From NCBI GenBank assembly GCA_003222035.1, contig QHUS01000052.1:6003-70002 (forward strand): a DNA stretch of 64,000 nucleotides, written 5' to 3'. The position numbers and the translations under genes are program-made. This document shows positions 16,554 to 25,731 of the stretch, one piece after another. A model generated the notes under the pieces. That model worked only from the letters and a program-made list of their open reading frames with translations, made no database searches and had not been told where the DNA came from. The first letter of the stretch is position 1, and the number at the start of each line of letters is the position of its first letter. Source of the DNA: Gemmatimonadota bacterium. Lineage in GTDB: Bacteria > Gemmatimonadota > Gemmatimonadetes > Gemmatimonadales > GWC2-71-9.

Positions 16554-17956
16554 CGCCCCTTCCCCCTTCCCTCGTCCCTCTTCCCGAGCGTGTCGAGGAG
16601 CTCGGGCCCTACCCGCGTCACGTCGCCCGCGCCGAGCGTGAACACCACGTCGCCCGCCCGAACGGTCTCCGCCACGCGCTCGGTGAGCGCCGCCCGCTCA
16701 CGCACCGCGACCGTCGTCGCGCCGGCGCGCGCCGCGCCCTGGGCCACCAGCGCCGCGGTCACGCCCGGGACCGGCTGCTCGCGCGCGCCATAGATCGGCG
16801 CGACGACCACCACGTCCGCCGCGGCGAGTGCGCGGCCGAGCGCCGCGCCGTGCAGCGCCGTGCGCGAGAACAGATGCGGCTGAAACACCGCCACGACGCG
16901 CCGCCCCGGAAACGCTTGTCGCGCCGCGGCGAGCGTCGCCTGGACCTCCGTGGGGTGGTGGGCGTAGTCGTCCACCACCGTCACGCCCCGCGCCTCGCCC
17001 ACACGCTCGAACCGGCGCCCCACCCCGGTGAACTTTCCGAGCGCCTCGACCGCGGCCGCGAGGCTCGCTTCACCACCGAGCTCCAGCGTCACGGCAAGCG
17101 CCGCGGCGGCGTTCCGCACGTTGTGCAATCCCGGCACGCGCAGTCGTAGCGTGATCGCGCCCCCGCCCGGCAAATCGATCCGCGCCGTAGAACCGCGCTC
17201 GTCGAGCTGCGGCTGTGAGATCCGCACGTTGGCATCGGCACCCAGTCCTACCCGCCACACCGGGTTGCGGAGGGCGGCAACGACCCGCTGCGCCCCGGGG
17301 TCGTCGCCGCCGGCGATCACGCGCCGCGCCCGCCCCGCGAACTCTACGAACGCAGCCTCGAGCGTCGCGACGCTGCCGTCGTAGCACTCGAGGTGGTCCG
17401 CCTCGACGTTGTTCACGACCGCCACCGTCGGCGCGAGCGACAGAAACGCGCGGTCGTACTCGTCGGCCTCCACCACGAACAACTCGCGTCCGCCGACTCG
17501 GGCATTTCCACCCCATGGAGCGACGCGGCCGCCGGCGAGTCCCGTGGGATCTCGCCCGGCGGCCGCTAACGCCTCCGTGACCATCACCGTGGTGGTCGTC
17601 TTGCCGTGCGTCCCCGCCACGGCGACCACCGTTCCGCCGGCGACGGCCTGGCTGAGGGCGTCAGCCCGCCGTACCACCGGGACCCCTAGGGCGCGTGCTC
17701 GCTCCAGCTCCGGGTGGTCTCCCGGTACCGCAGCGGTGACCACGAGTGCCCGGGCCCCTGCAACGTGCCGCGGGTCGTGGCCCCGCCATATCTCCACCCC
17801 ATGGGCTGCCAAATCGGCGGCGCCCGATGGGTCGTTATCACAGCCGGTTATCGCGAAGCCTTGCTCTCTGGCGAGGAGCGCCAAGCCGCTCATGCCGGCT
17901 CCGGCGATCCCCATGAAGTGGATCGGACGGGGATCCACCATCGCAAACAAGGTCAT
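16550..17956 (-). CDS. murC: UDP-N-acetylmuramate--L-alanine ligase
   Basis: IHFMGIAGAGMSGLA, GTHGKTTTT, and Mur ligase middle and C-terminal domains. Confidence 0.95.
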   Translation of the reverse strand: MTLFAMVDPRPIHFMGIAGAGMSGLALLAREQGFAITGCDNDPSGAADLAAHGVEIWRGHDPRHVAGARALVVTAAVPGDHPELERARALGVPVVRRADALSQAVAGGTVVAVAGTHGKTTTTVMVTEALAAAGRDPTGLAGGRVAPWGGNARVGGRELFVVEADEYDRAFLSLAPTVAVVNNVEADHLECYDGSVATLEAAFVEFAGRARRVIAGGDDPGAQRVVAALRNPVWRVGLGADANVRISQPQLDERGSTARIDLPGGGAITLRLRVPGLHNVRNAAAALAVTLELGGEASLAAAVEALGKFTGVGRRFERVGEARGVTVVDDYAHHPTEVQATLAAARQAFPGRRVVAVFQPHLFSRTALHGAALGRALAAADVVVVAPIYGAREQPVPGVTAALVAQGAARAGATTVAVRERAALTERVAETVRAGDVVFTLGAGDVTRVGPELLDTLGKRDEGRGKGR

Positions 17957-17968
17957 TAATGGAGGGCT

Positions 17969-17996
17969 AATATAGCGAATCTACGAAACTTGCGAA
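17969..17996 (-). promoter_or_regulatory. candidate internal dcw promoter upstream of murC (TTCGCA-16-TATATT)
   Basis: An unusually AT-rich 56-nt gap. The minus strand reads TTCGCAagtttcgtagattcgcTATATTagccctccattaATG, with 12 nt between the -10 and the ATG and no SD. Confidence 0.4.
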
Positions 17997-18012
17997 AGAG
18001 AGCACGACCAAA

Positions 18013-19101
18013 TCACGCGACTAGTGTCAAAATCCTCGACACGATCTCCCGGGCCGCGTTCGGGTGCCCGCGAGCCTTCGCCCGAGCCCCGAGTGAGTCG
18101 AGTTGGCTGCGGTCGGCGAGCAGGCTGGTGACCTGTTCGGCGAGTGTGAACGGTGAGAGGTGCTCTTCGGAGAGCTGGATGGCGGCGCCGACGGCTGCCA
18201 GGGCGCTCGCGTTGCGGGTCTGGTGGTCGGCCGCGGCGGTGGGAAGCGGCACGAGGATGCTCGGTTTCCCCCAGGCGCACAGCTCGGCGACGGTCATCGC
18301 GCCGGCGCGCGACACTACGAGGTCGGCGGCGCGGTATGGCGGCGCCATCGGGTCGAAGAATCCGCGGACCACCACGCGCCCTGGGACCGCGTAGCGCGCG
18401 AGCGCCGCGGCGTGCGCGGAGCCCGTGCCCCACAGCACGTTGACCGCCTCGAGCAGGCGGCGCTCGAGTGCACCCGCGACGGCGTAATTGATCCGGCGCG
18501 CGCCCTGGCTGCCGCCGAACACGAGCAGTGTGGGACGCGTGGGGAGCAGCCCGAGCTCGGCGAGGGCGGCGTCGCGCGGTCCCGGCTCCGGCACGCGGAT
18601 CGGATTGCCGAGCGCGAACACGGCCGTGTGCGAACCGAGGCGCAGTCGCTCTTGGGCCTCGGGAAAGCCGAGATGCACCTGCCGCGCGCCGTGCGCGAGC
18701 CAGCGCGTCGTGAGTCCGGGGAACGCGTTCTGCTCCTGGAGGACCGTCGGGAGCCGGCGGCGCTGGGCGCGCCACAACACGGGGCCTGCCGCGTACCCAC
18801 CCGTGCCGATCACGATGGCCGGTCGCTCGGCATCGAGCACGCGTCCCACAGCGCGCCAGGCACGTCCGAGGATCAGTGGCCAACGCACGTTCTTCCACCA
18901 GGTGTGCCGGTAGATCGGTTCGATCGGGAGGAGGTGATGGCGGAACGGATAGCGGGGCAGCACGTCCACCTCGATGCCCCGCTGGGCGCCGACCAGGACG
19001 GGCTCGATCCCCCGCCTCGCCTCCTGCAGGGCCTGAGCCAATGCGAGGGCGGGCATGAGGTGGCCGCCGGTGCCGCCGCCCGCGAGGAGAACTCTCATCA
19101 C
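18013..19101 (-). CDS. murG: undecaprenyldiphospho-muramoylpentapeptide beta-N-acetylglucosaminyltransferase
   Basis: MRVLLAGGGTGGHLMPALALA.., GT28 family. The start is GTG 19101 or ATG 19098. Confidence 0.95.
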   Translation of the reverse strand: MMRVLLAGGGTGGHLMPALALAQALQEARRGIEPVLVGAQRGIEVDVLPRYPFRHHLLPIEPIYRHTWWKNVRWPLILGRAWRAVGRVLDAERPAIVIGTGGYAAGPVLWRAQRRRLPTVLQEQNAFPGLTTRWLAHGARQVHLGFPEAQERLRLGSHTAVFALGNPIRVPEPGPRDAALAELGLLPTRPTLLVFGGSQGARRINYAVAGALERRLLEAVNVLWGTGSAHAAALARYAVPGRVVVRGFFDPMAPPYRAADLVVSRAGAMTVAELCAWGKPSILVPLPTAAADHQTRNASALAAVGAAIQLSEEHLSPFTLAEQVTSLLADRSQLDSLGARAKARGHPNAAREIVSRILTLVA

Positions 19102-19108
19102 AGTTCAG

Positions 19109-19227
19109 ATTGCGGATTGTGGATTGCGGATTGCTGATTCGAAGGGGCCAGTTCGATGTGCGATGCCGGGCACACGCCTCGACGAGCGCTCGGTGCAATC
19201 CGCATTCCGAAATCCGCAATCCGCAAT
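19109..19227. repeat. long imperfect hairpin built from ATTGCGG / CCGCAAT heptamer repeats, filling the ftsW-murG intergenic gap
   Basis: Arm 19109-19134 (attgcggattgtggattgcggattgc) pairs with 19202-19227 for 26 positions, with 2 mismatches and 1 G-U. The central region is about 67 nt. Confidence 0.75.
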
Positions 19228-19228
19228 G

Positions 19229-20344
19229 TCATGCTCCCGCGTTCCGCCGCCCTCTCCCAATGCTGATCAACACGCCCGTCGCCACTAGGGCCACGAACAG
19301 GCTCGACCGCCCGTACGAGATGAAGGGCAGCGTGATGCCGGTGGCGGGAAGGAGCGCGAGGGTCACGCCCACGTGCAGCACGACCGTGATTCCGATCATC
19401 GCGGTGAGCCCGACGGCGAGCAGTCGGCCGAACGGATCGCTCGACGAGGTCGCGATGCGGAAGCCGAGCCAGACGAACGTGCCGAACAGAACGAGGATCG
19501 CGAACACGCCGACGAACCCCCACTCCTCGCCGATCGTGGAGAAAATGAAATCCGAATAGGCATATGGCAGGTAGCCGAGCTTCTGCTGCCCCTGCCCCAA
19601 CCCGACGCCGAACAGACGGCCCGCGCCGAGGCCGACGAGCGACTGATGGACCTGCCACGTGGCCTCAGCGGGCGCGCTCCCGGGATTCAGGAACGTCACG
19701 ACGCGCGCGAGGCGGTACTGTGCGCTCGCGACCGCACCGAACAGAATCGGCGTCGCCACCAGCCCGACGGCGAGGAAATGGCCGATGCGCGCGCCGGCGG
19801 TGAACAGCACCACGCCCGCCAGCGCCGTGACCAGCACCGCCTGGGAGAGGTTCGGCTCGAGGAAGATCAGCCCGACGAGCGGCCCGAGCACGACGATGAA
19901 CGGCAGCACGCCGTACTGGAACGTGCGGATGCGCTCGCCTTTCTTCGCCGCGAGCATCGCGGTCCACACGACGACGGCGAACTTCGCGAGCTCGGACGGC
20001 TGCACCGTCACGAATCCGAGATTCACCCAGCGCCTGGCGCCGTTGATGCCCGGCGCGATGGCGTAGGTGAACGGGAGGAGCGGGAGCAGCAGCAGCACCC
20101 CGACGACCGCGAGCACCGGCCACGCCCAGCGGCGCCACTTGTGGTAGTCCGAGCGCGCGAGTAGCGCGGCGACGATCCCCCCGACGGCGGCACCGAGAGC
20201 CTGCTTCAGAGCGAAGCTCGAGCCGACTTGCCCGCCCGAGATCGTCAGCAAACTCGACGCGCCGTAAACGGCGGTGAGCCCGAACACGACCAAGATCGCC
20301 GCGACGAGCGCGAGCAGACGCGTCTCCCAACGGGCGTCTCTCAC
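19229..20344 (-). CDS. ftsW: SEDS peptidoglycan polymerase FtsW
   Basis: 371-aa multi-TM SEDS protein (..QPSELAKFAVVVW.., YAYSDFIFSTIGEEWGF) in the canonical dcw position. Confidence 0.92.
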   Translation of the reverse strand: MRDARWETRLLALVAAILVVFGLTAVYGASSLLTISGGQVGSSFALKQALGAAVGGIVAALLARSDYHKWRRWAWPVLAVVGVLLLLPLLPFTYAIAPGINGARRWVNLGFVTVQPSELAKFAVVVWTAMLAAKKGERIRTFQYGVLPFIVVLGPLVGLIFLEPNLSQAVLVTALAGVVLFTAGARIGHFLAVGLVATPILFGAVASAQYRLARVVTFLNPGSAPAEATWQVHQSLVGLGAGRLFGVGLGQGQQKLGYLPYAYSDFIFSTIGEEWGFVGVFAILVLFGTFVWLGFRIATSSSDPFGRLLAVGLTAMIGITVVLHVGVTLALLPATGITLPFISYGRSSLFVALVATGVLISIGRGRRNAGA

Positions 20345-20444
20345 GCGGAGTCGCGGCTCAAGCCGCCGCTCGGCCGTGCCGCTGAAGCGGCTTGTCGCCC
20401 GTTCACGGGCAGATGCCGAGCCGCGTGTTTCCTCGCGCCCGTGC

Positions 20445-21657
20445 TCACATTCCCTCCACTAACTTGCGGAAGGTACTACCGCGCTCTTCATAGTTTTTGA
20501 ACATGTCGTAGCTCGAGCACGCGGGAGACAGCAGGACCGCGTCGCCCGGCCGCGCGGCCCGGCGCGCCCGGGCGACGACGTCCGCGAACGTCGTGCCGCG
20601 CTCGAGCGCCACCTTCCCCTTCAGGTCGCGCTCGATCAGGTCACCCGACTCGCCGTAGGCAATCACGAGGCGGCACCGCTGCTCCAGCAGCGGCGCCAGG
20701 CGGGTGTACGGCTCTCCTTTGTGCCGGCCGCCGAGCATCAACACGAACGGCCGATCCATCGCCTCGATCGCCACGACGGTCGGGAGTCACGCCCGCCTCG
20801 CGGACCGCGAGGGCGGCCGCCAGCGCATTGGCGACGTTGTGGTCGCCCAGCAGACGCAGCTCGTCGCGCGCGAGCAGGGCGTCGTCGCCGAGGTGCAGCC
20901 GGCGCGCGGATGCGTCGTACCATCCGTCCGCCCGGCGCCGCAGGGCGAACAGCACGCGGCGACCCGGCGCCTGGCCGGCGAGATCGAGCACGGGTGGCTC
21001 GTCCCCGTTCAGCACCCAGACGTCCCCCGCGCGCGCGTTCCGGAAGAGCAGCTGCTTGTCGGCGTAGTACGCCTCGACGGTGGGATAACGATCCAGGTGA
21101 TCGGGAGCGAGGTTCGTGACGATGCCGATCTCGGGAGCGAAATGGGGGCTGTCGTGCAGCTGGAACGACGACACCTCGATCGCCAGCCACTGGTAGCGAT
21201 CGCCGCTCAGCGCGATGTCCGCGAGCGGCCGCCCGATATTTCCGGCCGCCTCGGCGCGCAGCCCCGCGCCGCGCAACAGGTGCGCCACCAGTGCGGTGGT
21301 CGTCGTCTTGCCGTTCGTGCCCGTGATGGCGATGCCATGCGTGCCTGCGGCGGCCAACGCGCGGAAGCCGAGGTCGATCTCGGACAGGATCGGGACCCGC
21401 GCTTCGCGTGCGGCGGCGAGCGGTGGCGCCTCCGGCGGCACGCCCGGGGAGACGATCACCGCCGCGGCCGAGCGTATCCGCGCCAGGTCGTGTCGCCCGA
21501 CGTCCAGCGCCACGCCGTCGAGCGACTGGAGGGCGGCGAGCGCCTCGGCGCCGTAGGGATGGTCGGACGCGTCGCTCGCGTATACCGGCACGCCCTCGCG
21601 CGCGAGCAGCCGCGTGGCCGCCACGCCGCTCTTCCCCAGCCCCACCACGGCCACCAC
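20445..21657 (-). pseudogene. murD: UDP-N-acetylmuramoylalanine--D-glutamate ligase, disrupted (internal ~39-aa deletion plus frameshift) as sequenced
   Basis: One frame encodes the N-terminal and central domains (VVAVVGLGKSG..ITGTNGKTTTT..LLGDHNVANALAAALAVREAGVTPD), down to about 20779. A different frame (20445-20783) encodes ..TVVAIEAMDRPFVLMLGGRHKGEPY..LLSPACSSYDMFKNYEERG. The conserved block between them (GLPHRxE...NDSKATN) is missing. Confidence 0.75.
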
Positions 21658-21680
21658 GCCGCGGCGCCAGGTCGCGGGGA

Positions 21681-22802
21681 TCAGCGCACCTTCAACGTCG
21701 CCAGCGCGATCGCTGCGCACAGCACCCCCAGGATGTAGAACCGCGTCACCACCTGCGGCTCCGCCCAACCGAGTTTCTCGAAATGGTGGTGGAGCGGAGC
21801 CATGCGAAACACGCGGTGGGCGTCGGCGTACTCTTTGCCGCGCCGCCGCTTGTGCCACCGGTACACCCACACCTGGAGCATGACCGACACGGCCTCGGCC
21901 GCGAACACGCCGCCGGCGATCAACAAGAGGAATTCGGCCTTGAGCATGATCGCAACCGCGCCGAGCGCGCCGCCGATCGCGAGCGAGCCGGTGTCCCCCA
22001 TGAACACCTGCGCTGGATGGGCGTTGAACCACAGAAAGCCGAGAGCAGCGCCGGCGAGCGCCCCGCAAAAGATCGTCATCTCTTGCGCGCCGGGCAGGAA
22101 GTACACCAGCAGGTAGCGCGTCCAGTCGATCCGGCCGAACACGTACGCGAAGGCCGCGAAGGAGCCGGCGAGGATCGCCGTCAACCCGGCCGCGAGACCA
22201 TCCAGTCCGTCGGTCAGATTCACGGCGTTCGACGTGCCTGTGACGACCAGCGTGACGAACGCCACGTACAAGACCGGCGGCATGACCAACAGGGTGTACT
22301 TGAACAGCGGTACCTGTGTCGACGCCGGCGGCAGATCCGGCGCGAGGGGCCAGTACAGCAACGTCACCCCCAACGCGATGCCGAAGGAGACCTGACCGAT
22401 CAACTTCCAGCGGGCGACCAACCCCTGGGATTTGCTGCGGACGATCTTCAGGTAGTCGTCGATGAAGCCGATCGTCCCCGCCCACAGCATAGCGAGCACT
22501 GCGACGACCACGTACCGGCTGTCGAGCCGCGCCCACAAGAGCGTCGGGATGACCGTGGCCATCAGGATGATGAGCCCGCCCATCGTAGGCGTGCCGCGCT
22601 TGGTCTGGTGGCTGGCCGGCCCCTCGGCGCGGATCACCTGCCCGACGTTGCGCGCCCGCAGCCAGCGAATGACGGCAGGGCCGCACAGGAAGGCGAGCAG
22701 CAGGGCGGTCACGACGGCGCCCGCCGCGCGGAACGTCAGATAGTTGAACAGGTTGAAAAAGATGTGCTGCTTCGCGAGCGGCGCGAGCAGGTGATAGAGC
22801 AC
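21681..22802 (-). CDS. mraY: phospho-N-acetylmuramoyl-pentapeptide transferase
   Basis: MLYHLLAPL..KRGTPTMGGLIIL..NAVNLTDGLDGLA.. Confidence 0.96.
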   Translation of the reverse strand: MLYHLLAPLAKQHIFFNLFNYLTFRAAGAVVTALLLAFLCGPAVIRWLRARNVGQVIRAEGPASHQTKRGTPTMGGLIILMATVIPTLLWARLDSRYVVVAVLAMLWAGTIGFIDDYLKIVRSKSQGLVARWKLIGQVSFGIALGVTLLYWPLAPDLPPASTQVPLFKYTLLVMPPVLYVAFVTLVVTGTSNAVNLTDGLDGLAAGLTAILAGSFAAFAYVFGRIDWTRYLLVYFLPGAQEMTIFCGALAGAALGFLWFNAHPAQVFMGDTGSLAIGGALGAVAIMLKAEFLLLIAGGVFAAEAVSVMLQVWVYRWHKRRRGKEYADAHRVFRMAPLHHHFEKLGWAEPQVVTRFYILGVLCAAIALATLKVR

Positions 22803-22811
22803 GTGTGGTCC

Positions 22812-24158
22812 TCAGTTCAGGTGCCGCAACACTCGCTCGAGCGCCACCCCGCGAGACGCTTTGAGCAGGACGATCTCGTTGCCCGTGAGCACCCCCCGGA
22901 GCCGCGGGCCGAGCGCCTCCGCGTCGGGCGCCGTGAGCAGCCGGTTCCCGAGCGCCGCACGATGCGGCTCGAACGCGGGCACGAACTCTCCCACCGCCCC
23001 TACGAGCGCCGGGGGGGGAGCGAGCGCCGCGATTTCCGCCGCCGCGACCGCATGCAATCTCGCACTCTCGGGCCCGAGCTCCAACATCGAGCCGACGACC
23101 ACCGCGAGGGGGCGCCGTCGCCGGTCGGCGAGCCAGTGCGCGAACTTCACCGCCCAGTGGAGCGAGCCCGGGTTCGCGTTGTAGGTATCGTCGATCACCG
23201 TGAGGCCGCCGAGGGAAAGAACGGCGCCGCGACCCGCCGGGATGTGCACGTCGGCGAGCGCGGCGACGGCGCGCCCCGGGTCGGCGCCGGCGTGGCTCCC
23301 CACCGCGAGGGCCAGCATCGCATTCTCGATCTGGTGGAACCCGGCCAGCGGCAGGGTCACCGAGTGCCCCCGCCACGTGAGGTGGGCGTGCCCGGCGTCG
23401 TCCAGGTCGGCCGCGTCGGGACGCACGTCCGCCGCCGGGCCGGTGCCGGCGACGACGGTCGGCGCACGACGCCGCGCCTCCGCCGCCAGCGCCGGCGGGT
23501 CGGTCCCCACGACCGCCAGCCGCGCACCCTCCGTGAGCGACACCTTCTCCTGCATCACCCCGGCGAGCGACCCGAAGCCCTCCACGTGCGCGTACCCGAC
23601 ATTCGTGATCACCGCGATGGTGGGTTCGATGATCTCGCGCAGCCGGGGGATCTCTCCCGGGACGCTCGCGCCCGCCTCCACGACGAGCGCGTCGGCGTCA
23701 TCTGACGCTCCGAGGATGGTAAGCGGCACACCGATCAGGTTGTTCAGGTTCCCAGTCGTGGCATGCACCCGGTACGTCGTGGTGAGCACCGCCCGGATCA
23801 TCTCGCGGGTGCTGGTCTTCCCGCTCGAGCCCGTGACCGCGACCACCGGACTGCCGGCCGGCAAAAGCCGGCGCCGCGCGCGCGCCAGCAGACCGAGGGC
23901 GACGAGCGTGTCCGGGACCTCGAAGGCCGGCAGGCCGTCGAGGGATGGAGTGCCGCGCCGCACGACGGCAGCCGCCGCGCCCTTGGCCTTCGCCTGGTCG
24001 AGGAACGCATGGGCGTCGAAGCGATCGCCTTTGAGGGCGACGAACAAGGTGCCAGGTGTCAGGTGTCGGGTGTCGGTGCCCACCCCGGTGAAGCGCAGGC
24101 CGCGGGGCCCCGACACCCCCAAGACGCTCGCGACCCACGCCGAGTCCCAGGCGGTCAC
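22812..24158 (-). CDS. murF: UDP-N-acetylmuramoyl-tripeptide--D-alanyl-D-alanine ligase
   Basis: GTDTRHLTPGTLFVALKGDRFDAHAF, VTGSSGKTSTREM. The start is trimmed to GTG 24156-24158, because the longer ORF translates the heptamer repeat element. Confidence 0.9.
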   Translation of the reverse strand: MTAWDSAWVASVLGVSGPRGLRFTGVGTDTRHLTPGTLFVALKGDRFDAHAFLDQAKAKGAAAAVVRRGTPSLDGLPAFEVPDTLVALGLLARARRRLLPAGSPVVAVTGSSGKTSTREMIRAVLTTTYRVHATTGNLNNLIGVPLTILGASDDADALVVEAGASVPGEIPRLREIIEPTIAVITNVGYAHVEGFGSLAGVMQEKVSLTEGARLAVVGTDPPALAAEARRRAPTVVAGTGPAADVRPDAADLDDAGHAHLTWRGHSVTLPLAGFHQIENAMLALAVGSHAGADPGRAVAALADVHIPAGRGAVLSLGGLTVIDDTYNANPGSLHWAVKFAHWLADRRRRPLAVVVGSMLELGPESARLHAVAAAEIAALAPPPALVGAVGEFVPAFEPHRAALGNRLLTAPDAEALGPRLRGVLTGNEIVLLKASRGVALERVLRHLN

Positions 24159-24170
24159 CCCACCACCCCG

Positions 24171-24272
24171 ATTGTGGATTGCGGAGTGCGGAATGCGGAT
24201 TTGAAATGAAAGGTCGGTCGCCGACCGACTCCTCCCTGGATATTCCGCAATCCGCAATCCGCAATCCGCAAT
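24171..24272. repeat. second ATTGCGG / CCGCAAT heptamer-repeat hairpin, filling the murE-murF intergenic gap
   Basis: 24171-24201 pairs with 24242-24272 for 31 positions, with 3 mismatches and 1 G-U. The 40-nt loop holds a nested perfect palindrome gtcggtcgCcgaccgac (24213-24229). Confidence 0.8.
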
Positions 24273-24276
24273 TGCT

Positions 24277-25731
24277 TCATGACGCCCCCAGCTCCCGCAC
24301 GATCACGCGCTCGTCGAACGGCTGCTTTTCGGTTCCCACCACCTGGTAGGTCTCGTGCCCCTTCCCGGCCAGGAGGATCGTGTCACCCGTGCGCGCCTGC
24401 TCGAGCGCGTACGCGATGGCGCGCCGCCGGTCGACCTCGCGATGGTGCCCCTTCCCCCGCATCCCGCCCTCGACCTCGTCGAGGATTCGTTCGGGGTCCT
24501 CGGTGCGCGGATTGTCCGAGGTGACGATCGCCAGGTCCGCCAGGCGTGCGCCCACCTCACCCATGGGCGCCCGCTTGCCGCGGTCCCGATCGCCGCCGGC
24601 GCCGAACACCACGATGAGGCGTCCCGTGGTCAAGGGGCGCAACGTCTCGAGCGCCCGCTCCAGCGCATCGGGCGTGTGGGCGTAGTCGCGCAACACCATG
24701 CAGGGACGTTCGGCGATCCGCTCCATGCGGCCGGGGACCTGCGGTGCGCGCGTGAGGGACTGGGCCACGGTTTCAACGGGCACGCCGAGCCCCCAGGCGC
24801 ACGCCGCCACGCCGAGCGCGTTGACGACGTTGAACCGGCCGAGCAGCGGCAGCCGCACGTCCGCGCGTCCCGTGGGCGTGACGAGCTCGAAGCCGGCACC
24901 CGCGGCGGTGAGCGTTAGGCGCCGCGCCGTCACCTCGCCGCCGCGCTCGCCGAACGTCACGCGGCGATGCTCGCGGCGCAGGCGTTGCCACGCGGGATCG
25001 TCGGCGTTCACCACCTCGAGCCCGTCGGGCGCGAGATAGCCCACGAGCTTGGCCTTGGCGCGAAAGTAGTCGTCGAGCGTCTTGTGATAATCGAGGTGGT
25101 CTCGCGTCAGGTTGGTGAATACGCCTGCCCGGAACACGAGACCGTCGACACGTCCCTGGTCGAGGCTGTGGGAGGACACCTCCATGGCGACCGCGCGCGC
25201 GCCCCGGGCGACCAGGGCGGCCAGGGTCGCCTGGAGATCGATCGGACCGGGCGTCGTGAGGTTGCCCGCTTCGCTCTCCACCGTCGCGCCTTCCTGATCG
25301 AACGCGCCCAGCGTGCCGATGGAGCCCGTCGGCTCGAGCACCGACAGGACGTGGCGGAGCAGCGTGACCGTCGTGGTCTTGCCGTTAGTGCCCGTGACGC
25401 CCACCAGCTCGAGCTTCGCGGCGGGCCGATCGTACCAGGCCTCCGCCGCCGCGGCGGCCGCGCGCCGGCCGTCGCGCACCATCACCTGCGGCAGCTCCGC
25501 CGCTTGCTCGCGCTCGACCAGGGCCGCCGCCGCGCCCCGCTCGCGCGCGGCCGCGACGAACGCGTGCCCGTCCTGGACCGCGCCCCGGATCGCGCAATAC
25601 AGCATCCCGGGCGTCACCCGGCGGCTATCGGCCGTGAGGCCCGTGAGTTCGGGCCAGGTGTGCAGGTCCGGAGTTTCGACGAGGAGTTGCGCACGCTCGA
25701 GCGCGGTCACCACTCGCTCGAGGCTGGTCAT
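24277..25731 (-). CDS. murE: UDP-N-acetylmuramoyl-L-alanyl-D-glutamate--2,6-diaminopimelate ligase
   Basis: LTADSRRVTPGMLYCAIRG, VTGTNGKTTT, DNPRTEDP. The start ATG 25729-25731 overlaps the ftsI stop (ATGA). Confidence 0.93.
   Translation of the reverse strand: MTSLERVVTALERAQLLVETPDLHTWPELTGLTADSRRVTPGMLYCAIRGAVQDGHAFVAAARERGAAAALVEREQAAELPQVMVRDGRRAAAAAAEAWYDRPAAKLELVGVTGTNGKTTTVTLLRHVLSVLEPTGSIGTLGAFDQEGATVESEAGNLTTPGPIDLQATLAALVARGARAVAMEVSSHSLDQGRVDGLVFRAGVFTNLTRDHLDYHKTLDDYFRAKAKLVGYLAPDGLEVVNADDPAWQRLRREHRRVTFGERGGEVTARRLTLTAAGAGFELVTPTGRADVRLPLLGRFNVVNALGVAACAWGLGVPVETVAQSLTRAPQVPGRMERIAERPCMVLRDYAHTPDALERALETLRPLTTGRLIVVFGAGGDRDRGKRAPMGEVGARLADLAIVTSDNPRTEDPERILDEVEGGMRGKGHHREVDRRRAIAYALEQARTGDTILLAGKGHETYQVVGTEKQPFDERVIVRELGAS

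Noticed and set aside
20641-23376. Over-extended minus-strand ORFs, such as the 911-aa ORF 20641..23376. Similar N-terminal extensions occur for ftsA (to 16524), the VWA protein (to 11947), ileS (to 55232), recG (to 9186), ftsI (to 27950), cheD (to 36155) and PATAN-TPR (to 39141).
   Set aside because: The upstream portions overlap the preceding, clearly real gene in another frame and read as Arg/Gly/Pro noise. In each case an ATG, GTG or TTG lies at or overlapping the upstream gene's stop, and this gives a protein of canonical length with a canonical N-terminus.
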